A stretch of 64,000 nucleotides of DNA from Blepharisma stoltei ATCC 30299. Its lineage: Eukaryota; Protista; Ciliophora. The position numbers and the translations under genes are program-made. The notes beneath the pieces are model-generated. The model was not told where the DNA came from. It saw only the letters and a list, made by a program, of their open reading frames with translations, and made no database searches. Of this stretch, positions 47,033 through 58,076 are shown piece by piece. How positions within the stretch are numbered: the stretch's first letter is position 1; every line of letters starts with the position of its first letter. The DNA lies in assembly GCA_965603825.1 (NCBI GenBank), contig CBFDEM010000021.1, positions 186,001-250,000 on the forward strand, read 5' to 3'.

Positions 47033-48229
47033 TTAGTTTTTTGAAAGTGATGGAGTTGTTGGCATTATTCTTTCAATTGGCAAAAGCCTTAAATGAGTAT
47101 TTGGCTTTGAAAATGGATTTTCAAGAGACAAGCTAGCAGTTTTAAAAGACTTTATTGGTGGAGTCCTATGTGTAAACCTCCTCTTGAACTTATTTTCAAG
47201 TCTCACACTGTTGACAAACGAATTCTTATAAACTCCTCATCTCAGTCCTTGTATATAATTTCTCCTTAATTCTTTATCACTCGGGCAAGGAGATGTCATA
47301 TTCAAAATCTCTTGCATATCATAAGCATCTACAAACCTGAAATCTTGTGGATTTACTTTATACGCAGCTGTCGGCATAGTCGCAATAGCAGAACACTGAT
47401 AAGCTAGATTTCTAAAGCTTTCATAAGCTCCCACAAAATCTCCTTTTGTCAGATGTTCAACTTCAACTAATTTTGTCTCAATCTGCATCTCACTATAATC
47501 AAAGCTTTTTGGGTCATTCATAGAAAACGAGACATCATTTGCATTTTTAACGACTTTAAAATCAACCCTTCTCAACAGTTTCACAGATCCTTGAGTAATG
47601 AAATAAATCGCGTCTGCTTTGCTGCCTTGCTTAGAAATAATATCATTTGTTTTGAATTCAATAGGCTTTTTTGCTTTATTAGAAATTTGTCGCAAAATTT
47701 CATCAGGAATGAGTGAGAAAAAAGGGTGTTTTCTGAAATATTTAAAAGCCTTGGTTTTTATTTGGATGTCGTCTCCTTTGATTTCTTTGTCGTAAGCTTC
47801 TTTTGAGAGTCCAATAAGTTCTACATATGTAGTAGAAATTGCAGTAGCGGCTCTTGGAGTTCCATAGATCAGTCCAAGTTCCCCAAAAGTGTCATCTTCT
47901 TTTAGCTCTGCTACTGTTTCAGACCAAGTTTTCCCATCTCTAGTCTGCTCAGCTGATATTGAAACTCTTCCAGAAAGGATGATATAAAATGCATCAGCTT
48001 CATCTCCTTGTTTAAAAATGACTTGTTTTATTCCAAAAGAATGCAAACTCACTTGCTTACATAGCTGTTTTAGCTTTGGAGTATATTTATACTCCTCAAA
48101 CATTTTTACATCCTAATTATCAGTTACCCCTAAAAGCTCTACAAGCTCAGTTAATTGAGATTCAGATCTCTGCTGAGGAGCCAGAGCTAAAATCTGTCTA
48201 AGTCTAGTTTTCCTGTCTGAGGACTGCAT
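47033..48229 (-). CDS. Tandem cyclic-nucleotide-binding domain protein, one 15-nt intron
   Basis: FKQGD..DAFYIILSG, FGELGL...PRAATA, second CNB; TGA 47237-47239=Trp extends to TAA 47033. Confidence 0.88.
48113..48127 (-). other. 15-nt intron GTAACTGATAATTAG
   Basis: Removes in-frame TAG between LLG and DVKMF. Confidence 0.85.
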
Positions 48230-48267
48230 TATTATTTTGCTTTATAATTAATTATCGTAACAAAGAT

Positions 48268-48861
48268 TTATTTTTTCTCAAGAATGTGTATGTTTTGAAT
48301 ATTTGTAGGCTGCTGCTGAGGATTTGAGTACCTTCTTTTTGGATGAGTCACGGTGTTTCGTCTCCTCTCTTCAAGTCGCTTTTCTAAGCTATCACCTTCT
48401 TGGGTTTTTATATTTTCTTTAATTCGTATACTTGTTAAAGAAGTTTCGTTACTGTGAGAAGTTATAGCATCTGTAGTTTTCTTTACAAGGACAGGCCTAT
48501 GTTTTGCAGACTGAGGCCTTTTAACTTTATGGTTTTCTTCTTGCTTTACTAAATTAATTTTAACTTCAGGAGCTTTCTCAATGATTTTAGGTTTTTGGTG
48601 AAATAAATTCAACACTTCAGGTCTGGTCATAAGCTTTCGAAGCCTTTCACTATAATGAATAAATTTTAAATCTCCGACAGCTTCGTAATATTCAATAGCT
48701 TTCTATGTGAAAATTACAGTATATAATTCCATCAGCCTAGATACTTTTTCAACTGTTATGCTAAAATCGAGCTCAATTTCAAAGTTGAGTATTAAGTCTG
48801 CAAAATTCCTGGGGAGACCAATATTAAATACATAGCCTGCTGATCTTGACATTGATTGCAT
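48268..48861 (-). CDS. Hypothetical protein, one 15-nt intron
   Basis: LMELYT|KAIEYYEAVGD after removing 48703-48717. Confidence 0.72.
48703..48717 (-). other. 15-nt intron GTAATTTTCACATAG
   Basis: Consensus match; restores ORF. Confidence 0.8.
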
Positions 48862-49021
48862 TGAATTACAATTTGTAAGCATGACAATATATTAATTTCA
48901 TAATATTTTCCCATGTAATTTGATTTGTTGAATCATTAGAAAAAATCATCAATTTAAGCAGAATTTAAATTAATCTTGCATAAAATTCATTTCTCAGGTG
49001 TTTTTAAGTTGTCTTCCTAAT

Positions 49022-50446
49022 ATGGATAAAATTGAAATGAGCTGCAAAGATGCAGAATTTGATATTGATATCGAAGATTCGTTACGAAGACAAGTAAATA
49101 TTATCTAGATTACAGAAAAACAAAAGATTCTCAAAGAAGAAAAAAACAACCTCAAAGCCAAAGAACTAGAACTCCGAAGGAAAGTTGACCAAAACAAAGC
49201 AAGCCAAGTTTTGAATTCTTTAAAACTCAAAAAACAAAGCCAAGATTTGCATGCATTTCTAGAAGAAAGCAGAAAGCAATGGGTGCTTGACTTAAAACAT
49301 ACAATAAACTCAGTAGAAGTAAAATATAGTTAGCAAGCAAAAATAGCGAGAATGCAAAATCAGATGGAAAGTCTCAAAATAATTTCCAAAATCTATGAAT
49401 TCGTTGAGCCTTTGCCTGTTTCTTCTAAGTTTTTAGACGTAACTCAGCTAAATGATAAGTTTGAAGACAGTTCAAGTTTTAACCAAAATTCATTTGAAAT
49501 GCATGAAGAGCCTACGGTTGAGAAAATTAAAGTCTCAAACCATGCATTTAAGCCAACTTTGACAACCCAAACAGTTTTCCAAGGGGACTATTCAGATGAG
49601 TTTTCAGACACCTCAATACAATCCATTTCTCAGCCTTCGTTACTCCATATAAGAGCTTCTCTAAAAAGTTACTTACGTAAACTTAAACTTTCAAATGGGT
49701 CAGAATTCGATACTGAAGAAATTTTGCTTCAAAAAGAAGAAATCCCTCATATGCCTAACAGCCAAGACTCGTGCCAGCCAAAAGTAACAGTAAATAATCT
49801 ATCTTCAAGTGAGGACGAAGAAGGAGCTGATTCAGTTTCAACTCGGTCAATCCCAGAAATGATTTCAAAGCAGCCTTCATTTGTTGAGTCCCACAGTGAT
49901 TTAGTTTCACAAAGATCAACTCCAGAGCCCATTTTTAACCAATCATCAATAATTTCTAATAGCGGCTCAATACAAAATCAAGAATCTATCACTCATCAGC
50001 CATCAATTATTAATTATCATAGTGAGTCTATACAAAGCTATTTAGATGCAGAGCTTGAAGGAAATTTCATTCAAGCTGAAATTGAGGATGAATTCGCAAT
50101 TGGGGATGAAATAAACCATTCTTCTGATGAGTCTCAGATAGAGATGGACACTTATGAGATCGAAGCAAAACCATTAACATCAAGGGAAGGTCCAATGTTT
50201 ACTAATGTGCTGCAGCTCAGTAAATTATTTGTAGAAATATCAGGCTCAGATTTTCCTGAGTCTAATGAATTTAAAGATGAAATTTCATCTGACCAATTGC
50301 TGCCTAGGAATGAAAATAAGCCGATTGAAGAAGAAGCTCATGCGGAAGAAGAAACTAGCCAAAATTTCGGATTTGAAGTAGAGGTTAAGGCTCAAAAAAG
50401 GAAAAAGTCATTCATGTCTATATTGTGTCCATGCTTTTTTAAATAA
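49022..50446 (+). CDS. Hypothetical coiled-coil/acidic protein with basic-Cys C-terminus, two 15-nt introns
   Basis: Introns 49094-49108 and 49319-49333 each remove an in-frame TAG; ends KRKKSFMSILCPCFFK. Confidence 0.78.
49094..49108 (+). other. 15-nt intron GTAAATATTATCTAG
   Basis: Consensus match; restores ORF. Confidence 0.8.
49319..49333 (+). other. 15-nt intron GTAAAATATAGTTAG
   Basis: Consensus match; restores ORF. Confidence 0.8.
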
Positions 50447-50470
50447 ATGGAAAATTATTATTTTATAAGA

Positions 50471-51145
50471 TTATTGGAACTCTTGTAAATAGTTATTGAT
50501 GATTGAGCTCTGAAAAATTCCAGGAGATGTGCAGCCATAATGAATGGATCTCCTTCTGCCTTTTTGATCAGGAGTGTATCTTTCTGATCTTTCATCAAAT
50601 AATCTTTTCTCATTTATTTCTAATTTCAGCATATTATCAATATTTTGAGTCAAACTGCCTTTTTTGTTTTTACTTGGGCTTGCTGAGCGACTGTTTGCTT
50701 TATGTGTAGGAGCAGGGCTTAACTCAATCGATCTTGGCTTCAAGTAGGTATAAAACTCGCCTATACTGTCAATTGAGGAAACCTCTGACCCTCTTCTCCT
50801 AAACATCTTTATTTTCGGCTCTTTGATTTTCGATTCTAAAGAAATTATATCTCTCCCGTTCCCTTGTTCAAAATTATTATTCCATTCTTCATTTTTCCTT
50901 CGCTTGCATGAGAAATTTCTTATTGTTTCTCTCAGCCAGCTATCAGTATAGGTTGAATACATCGACGTAGCCATCAAATGAGGCATAGCAGTCTTATTGG
51001 AAAATTTCGTTATAGTCATTGGAGAATGATTGTCTTTCCTTTTGCTTTCTCGACTTGATCCCCTCGTTTTTATATTCAGTCTCGGAGAAGGTGCGAAAAA
51101 TCTATTTGGCTGATTTATATAGCTCTGATATATAGGATTATTCAT
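50471..51145 (-). CDS. Hypothetical basic low-complexity protein, 224 aa
   Basis: First ATG at 51145 (MNNPIY). Confidence 0.65.
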   Translation of the reverse strand: MNNPIYQSYINQPNRFFAPSPRLNIKTRGSSRESKRKDNHSPMTITKFSNKTAMPHLMATSMYSTYTDSWLRETIRNFSCKRRKNEEWNNNFEQGNGRDIISLESKIKEPKIKMFRRRGSEVSSIDSIGEFYTYLKPRSIELSPAPTHKANSRSASPSKNKKGSLTQNIDNMLKLEINEKRLFDERSERYTPDQKGRRRSIHYGCTSPGIFQSSIINNYLQEFQ

Positions 51146-51160
51146 TTTTAGCAATTATTA

Positions 51161-53137
51161 TTATAAAACAGATTTCATTACCCTCTTGCCTTTTGGCTTG
51201 AATACTCCTTCATAAAAAACGCGTTTGCCCCTAACATAAACGCTATGGATTTTCCCCATGAACTCCATACCAATAAATGGAGATACTTCATGGTATTGAG
51301 AGTGCACATTGTTTACAGTTGACCTGCTGTATGGATCCCATATAAGCAAATCAGCAAATTTCCCTTTTTCAATGCTGCCTCGGGAATCGCTTACATTTAA
51401 AATTTTGGCTGGATGAAGGCTGAGCCATTTAGCTAGCCTAACAATATAGTGCTCAAGCTGTGACATCGAAGTGGCTGGACCGTTTAGCATTGTTCAGACT
51501 GCTTGCAATGTAAAGCCTAATGAGCAGATCCCATTAAGCGCTTTTTGGAAGTTCCCTGATTCTAATGCTTTTAGCTCAGGTTTTATAGCGGCGTGGCTTG
51601 AAACGATTGAATCTATTCCTTTCATTTTCAATAAATCCCATAGCAGCATTAGATTGGTTTGGCTTCGAATTGGGGGAGCTGTTTTGAATCTTGTGTCTCC
51701 ATCTTTAATGGAAGCACTTGTAAAGCACAGAGAAGTCGCTGAAATTTCACATGACAGGCATTTAAATTCTTCTTTGGCTTGTCTGACTCTATTAAGTGCA
51801 GTTGCTGAGGACAAATTTGTTACATGGACTCTGCATAGAGACTTTTTTAGTCCTTGGATTATTTTTTCAACACCAGTTATTTCTCAGCTGTCAGGAAAAT
51901 TTGCTAAGTGGTATAAATAAACTCTTTCTTTTGAGCTTTTTAATTCAGTTTTTATTGATAATGAAGGAGGTCTCCTCTTAGCAATTCTTGACTGATAAAC
52001 ATTATTAGTATTTTGGCTTGGGACTTGCAATAAACTTGAATCTAAATTTTGGATCTTAACATCAGTTTTTGGGGATAATGCTAATATAGAGCTAAATCCA
52101 TCATTTTTAGAAGCCACTGGAGAAGTGGAAGAATAACTAGTTGATCCTGAGTTTTCATATGTAAATTGTTCAGCTTTGCACAAATTTTCTATATTTGCTT
52201 GGTTTTCTTTAATTCTTTTATCAAGATCATCAAAAATAGTATAATTAGTTTTTTTTACAGTTCCATTTGGCTTTATTTCATCTTCTTCTTCAGGGATTTC
52301 AGGAATAGGCAGCTCTCTCGTATATCCCACATTAGGCTCAACAATTGCATGAGATGAAATCGATCTATTTATGACTGGTTTAAATGTCTTTGATTTCGTT
52401 TGGTGGGTTTGTCTTCGAAATCTCTTTTTTGGAGTCTCTTCAGGGTTTTCTTCTTCAGAGCCATCAGACTCAATAGCATCAGGAAAAGCTGCAGCAAAGG
52501 TTTTGGTTGAATCAATATTTTTTGATTCAAACCTTTCCTCTAATGTCGACAGCCTATTAGGCGATGAATTATAAAGCATTCTTGGGTTCGGCAAAGTGGG
52601 ATCTATAAATAGCGTTAATTGGCTTTCAGCCATCTCAGCAAATACTATGTTGAGATTAGAAGGGATGCATTGAATTGTGGAACTCGGAGGAAAAAGATAG
52701 CCTTTTACTCCAAAAAACCCTTGTGAAGCAAGATTTGGTAATTGTTCGAGATTGGTGATTTCTAAGGTAAAAATTTTGCCTACGTCACAATAAAGCTCGC
52801 CTAAAGGAGGTTGATCAATATAGTAGCCTACTTCTTCTAACAATAAAGTGACACCTCCTGAAACTGCTGCTTTGGTCAGATGGGTATAGTCTTCTCATTC
52901 TCGGCGTACATTTAAATCAATAATTCCAGGTGAAATATAAAGGTCTTCACAATTAATTGGATTTCATTCGTTATACTTTTCAATGATGGAACGCACTGAT
53001 ATTTCTTTGTCTAAAACAATTACGTCATAAATTACTTCGTCTAGAACCAGAATTATGCCAAAAATAGGTTTATTTGAACGATTTGTTGTGTTGGTGAATG
53101 TAACTATGTGTCTGCTGATAAACGCCTTTTTACCCAT
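51161..53137 (-). CDS. Allantoinase/dihydroorotase-like amidohydrolase, probable pseudoenzyme, 658 aa
   Basis: 4 TGA=Trp; ISPGIID, AAVSGGVT, FKTAPPIR, GSIEKGKFADLLIWDP, SPFIG..GKI..VYVRG. Confidence 0.85.
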
Positions 53138-53531
53138 TTAGGGATTTTAAGAAATATTTATTAATATTGAGGGAAATTTCAATTTTCAGAGAAATGCCAT
53201 AATAATTATTTGTGAATTTACATTGAAAGAATATCCAACTATAATTAATTTGACATTATTCATAAAACTTCCATTTATCAATTTTTGTTTTTCTTATTTT
53301 TTGAATTTCTACTACTTAATATTTCTTAAAAATAAGCATTTTTAGAATCATCAGTTATTTAAAACTCAATTTTCCAATTTAATACTGGCTAGCCATTTCT
53401 AATTTCCTACATTTTTATAACAATCTCTTCTGCTTTCATCTTAGAGTCCAGAAAACTCACATATTTTGTAAGTTAAGTCTTTTCCTTTTATTTTTAAACT
53501 ACCAAGATTTCCAAACTTATAAAGATTTAAA

Positions 53532-54605
53532 ATGGAACTCAGAAGACCAAGCTTCAACCCCTACTCAAACCCATCAGAAGATGATATGAGAATCGAGCCA
53601 GAAGAATTAGCGCTCAGCAAAACCGACGAAAGATCTTTGACCATCACAGTAACTTCCATTTAGATCGTCAGAACATCTATAGAGCAAACAACTCCTCAAA
53701 GATACCAAGTAACTCGGCGAGGCGTGATAAATTCGCTTCGCATACCTCAAGATATGACCGTTCGAATAGGCCGTCAGCACATCAACGAAGAAGGGCTTAG
53801 ACCAAATGATATCACATTGCCTCCAAGCGACCGAGCCATCAGCAGATGCCACTGCATGATCGAGTGCAAGAAGTTCTTTATTTTTGAAATCCCAGAAGAG
53901 TGAATTGCCTTCCTTATGGCTTATCACCCACGATTGGGGAGAAATTCAATATGAAATTACCTCCCTCTTGATCTTTTCAGATATATCTTAATGTTCATCA
54001 AAGAGCCCAGAGCTCCTTATTTGGTTGACTTAGGCAGCATGTGTGGAACTTATGTCAAAGTCTCCAATACGGAACCTATTGAGCTGGAACAAGGGCAGAA
54101 TTTCTTAATTGGCAGCGATATTATTATAGAAATCGACAGAGTCGCGAATGACCCTGTTCCGCCTTCATTGAATTCTGAACAGACTTTAGAAGACATCGGG
54201 CAAAACACGTTTAACTCATCTGATATGATGATTGAAGACATTGGGCCTTATATTTTAATAAGGGTTTGCAGGAGTCTTAATGATAATGAAGAAACCATCA
54301 ATGCGTCCACTTGGAAATTTGCAGCAGAGGAGAAATACAAAAGCTTTACAATCGGGAGATCTCAAATCTGCGACATCCAGCTCTCCGAGAACACAATTTC
54401 AAGAACACAGTGCAGAGTGATCTATGACGAAGGAAAGTGGCTGCTTTACGACGGTCTTGCAAATAAGCCCACAATTAATGGTACGTGGATGTCAGTTTTC
54501 AAAAAAGAGCGAGTCAACCGAGAACACTCCCTTCCTTTTAAACTCAAAAACGGCAGCCAAATCAAGGTATCTGACACTATTTTACAAGTTGATTGGATTG
54601 AATAA
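53532..54605 (+). CDS. Double FHA-domain protein, one 15-nt intron, 352 aa
   Basis: IGR..DI..ISRCH...DLGSMCGTY and IGRS..CDI..ISRTQ..TINGTW; 2 TGA=Trp. Confidence 0.85.
53649..53663 (+). other. 15-nt intron GTAACTTCCATTTAG
   Basis: Removes in-frame TAG. Confidence 0.85.
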
Positions 54606-54651
54606 ATATATAATATTTAGTTGCATAACCTATTAATTAGCTTATGAGTAA

Positions 54652-56596
54652 TTATTTATTAACCTCTGGTGGAAACTGCATCTGCCCCATCGGTGGATAA
54701 TAAATGGCCCCCATCTCGCTGCCTGAGTTTTCCATCAGATGTTTTTGTCTTTCTGCATTTGTGTTTTTCCACTCTTGAAAATTTGGAATTGGCCTACCCT
54801 GGAAGTTGAAATCGTGGATAAAGTGGCAGTTGTCAGCGTGGTTACAGCCTTCTTGGGAATGAAACTTTTTGCAAGGCATCGTACGATAATTTTGAGGTTT
54901 TTTAGTTACTGGATTGTAAATAATTTGTCTTTTATTTGAAGATGAATTAGTATCATAGTTGTATTTTAACATGTTAGGCTGGTAGACAGGCTGACCTCGG
55001 GGAGCTTGAGGAGGAAGACCCATATAAGGGTTTACTCCTTGGCCGGGCATTGGATAGGACTGGCTTTGAGGAACATATGGCATGTACATTGGCATCATGG
55101 GATTTGGGACTTGGCCCATTTGACCCATCTGGCCCATCTGGCCCATCTGGCCCATTTGACCCATAGGCATGGTAGGATGCATAGTCATGACCTGATGCAT
55201 CTGATTCATTGGCATTTGAGGAATTCCAGATATCGGACGCATTTGAGTCATCTGAGGATGAAGCTGCGGAGACTGCATTTGTGGGATTTGAAGAGGGATT
55301 GATGGCTGGACTGGAACCATTTGTGGAGGCTGAGAAATTAACGGAACTTCTACAGGAATTGGGTTTGTATATGGAGAAACATACTGAGGAGATCTCACAC
55401 TCTGAGGCTCTTCAGAATTATTAATTTTTATTGACTTCAAATAGCAGCCACTCTGAATGAATATTACTCTCATATATGGGATGCTTATCATGTTCCCATT
55501 TAATTGACTAATAGCGTTTGTTTCAATTGGAGTTTTGGGGATTTCGCTTTCACGCTGATATATTGTTTTTAGTGCGTTGCTTTCTCTTCTGTTTTCTTCT
55601 TGCACCTCTGTGCTTTCATTTTTTTTGCGTTGAGTAGAAGATACTATTAGTTCTGAATAAGGTTTACTGAATAAAGTTGAATAGTTCACTCTTGGTGTCA
55701 TATTATCCAAAATAACTTTGATACTGATATCTTTTTCTTTTTCCTACCTATTGGTTACCTTATGGTTCAATTCTCTTTCCATTTGAATTTCTCTCTTTTT
55801 GAACTCTTCGACGTTGATATTTTCGTGAGCTTCTGGGCTTGGGCAATAATTTGGCCGTTGTGAAGCGCAGACAGCATTTGGCTCGTCACTTCTCCAGAAG
55901 TACTTAGGTCTTTCCAAATGGTCGTCATCGACCCATCTAAATTACAATTAGGCTTAGTCACTTAGAATATTAACATACCTCACACGTTTTTTAGAAAAAT
56001 CATGATATTCATTAGTTTCTGGATCAGAATGTATTTCTTCAATAGGGACTTGCTCTTCTACTTTTTGTCTAACTTCAAATTTACCTCTTAGGCAGTTCAA
56101 TTTTTGTCTCGTTATAATTTGGCTTGGGTGGACGATGTACTTCATTAGGATTCTCAATTGCGCTCGCCCACTTTTTGATCAAAGCTACAGCTTTTGCTTG
56201 GAGTCCTGGCTCAGAGTGTTTGCATATACTTTTGACAGCTTTTCCAATCATGGTAGCTTCAAGAATTTCAGTCGTGACCGGGAGCTTATTTAAACATGAC
56301 AAAATTGTGTGAAGGAGGCCTCTGTCTTCTGATTGCTCATTTTTTTCATGATCTTTGATCCATTTGCCGAGCTGTTCAATGCCGCCTACACTAGAGAACC
56401 TTCCATAAATGGCCTTTGTGTTTTGAGTCGTCCTTAGTAAAGCCTGAAGTAAGACATCTCTGCCTTCAACATTCGTTGTTTCAGCCATAAGGTTAACAAA
56501 TTGTCCAATTCATCGTGCCTCTTGTAGACCTCCGTTGGGTCCGATCATGTCACTTAATTTGTTTTCAAGTTCTACAACTAAGGCTGATCTTTTCAT
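54652..56596 (-). CDS. PPP1R10: PNUTS/PPP1R10-like: TFIIS-N domain, RVxW PP1-docking motif, low-complexity region, CCCH zinc finger; about 623 aa, 3 introns
   Basis: LNKLPVT.EIL..TMIGKAV...LIKKW; KKRVR|WVDDDHLE..KYF; CKKF...GCNHADNCHFIH; introns 56069-56084, 55937-55978, 55744-55758 give an intact frame. Confidence 0.8.
55111..55164. repeat. 9-bp coding tandem repeat (MGQ)x6
   Basis: ttggcccat ttgacccat ctggcccat x3 ttgacccat. Confidence 0.9.
55744..55758 (-). other. 15-nt intron GTAACCAATAGGTAG
   Basis: Removes in-frame TAG. Confidence 0.82.
55937..55978 (-). other. Atypical 42-nt intron GTATGT...TTTAG
   Basis: Only this GT-AG excision yields RVRW and the downstream frame. Confidence 0.7.
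56069..56084 (-). other. 16-nt intron GTAAATTTGAAGTTAG
   Basis: Corrects the frame. Confidence 0.82.
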
Positions 56597-57015
56597 CTTA
56601 TTTTTATTAGTTTAATTATAGCGCGACTAAATTAAGAGCTAAGATTTTCTGAGGGGTTATTTTGAGTTTTTTATATTGTGTAATATTTTGGGTGGAATTA
56701 AAGAAAGTAGAGGTTATAAATTTTTTTATATGTGAAATTTTAATCAATTTTAAAATAATTATAATTTGTGGGTTAGGATATTATAAACCATATTGTAAGT
56801 TTAGTTAAAAAGAAGCAGGAAATAATTAAATTAATTTTATGAGAAAAGTTTTCTGATAATGAATTAAAAATATTTTCATTAGTAAGGTGCTCTCATTGCT
56901 AAATATCATAAAATTTTATCTAATAAATAATTTTAGCACAATTATATGAATGCTAATTTATGACATAAAACATTATAAACCCAGCAATGGCTTGCTTCTA
57001 TAATTATATTAATTA

Positions 57016-58026
57016 TTACTGAATTTTCAATGTAATCGGGATTTGGTAGTCTTTCAATCCTTCAGTTGCTAACCAATTCAGATTTTTTTGGAAGCTTTCA
57101 ATATCAACCTGCTCAGGCTTTTTTTCCTCCTCCCCCGCTTTGATCCTTTTTGTAATTTGTTCAGTATTTATAGTAGAATTAACCAAATTCTTTTCAAGAT
57201 ACTTTAAAAACTTTGATTTCCTGTCAGTTTCTTTATCATTCATTTCATTTCTTGCCGAATTAATTGTAGAGATACTAGCTGTCCTAAGAAGCCCTCTATG
57301 CTTATTATTAATTGCATCTCTAAACAATTTCCTTGCAGCATGCTTCAGCTCCAGTCTTAATTTCACATTAACAAGCGAATTTTCCCTTAAAGTATTGACA
57401 TCTTGTGAAAAAATCCCTATTCTATTGAGTTTTTCTATATTTGCTTCTGCTTTAGAGTTAAGATCTTTAATCAGCCTTTTTCTTTTTTTTATTAGTCGTT
57501 GTTTTATTCATTCATGGTCTTCTTCTGATAAGATTTTCAAAGTATTTTCGTCAATTTTTCTCTGTGACATTGTAGTAGGTGGCAAGGTTGGAGATGGAAT
57601 GTGTGTTTTAACTGAAGAATAAGTAGTTCTAACAAACCGATTCCTCGGGGATGAAGTAATCTCGTGAGTTTCAAGGGGTTTCGGGAATAAATTTGATAAA
57701 AATAGTGTAGTTTGAAAGCCTGATGAAGTAGTTTCAGGTCTCGGCGTTCTTTTTACTTCAGGCGCTTCATGCTTTTTTTCAGAATTTTCTGCAGCTATTC
57801 GCAACAGCTTATCTAAAGTCAGCTTTTCTGACTTCGGCTTCGGTTTTTTCTCTCCTGCGTTTGGGCCAGTAGCCCTAATGCATTGTCTATTTAAATTTGA
57901 GTCGCTTTTTGAGTTATGCTGTTTATCCTTTGGGTTTCAGCTAGCCTGAAAATTTGTTTGAACCGGTTTAAAGTATTTATTTATCGCCAGCATAGCGGAT
58001 TTACTTGGCTGGATTTTTTTGGACAT
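57016..58026 (-). CDS. Hypothetical basic protein, 336 aa
   Basis: Single frame with 2 TGA=Trp. Confidence 0.75.
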
Positions 58027-58076
58027 TTTATTACTTTTAGAGATTTTTAACAGTTTCTTATTTATTTGAATAAATA

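Noticed and set aside
51229-51236. CCCTAACA heterotrich telomere unit
   Set aside because: Single copy inside a coding sequence; expected by chance
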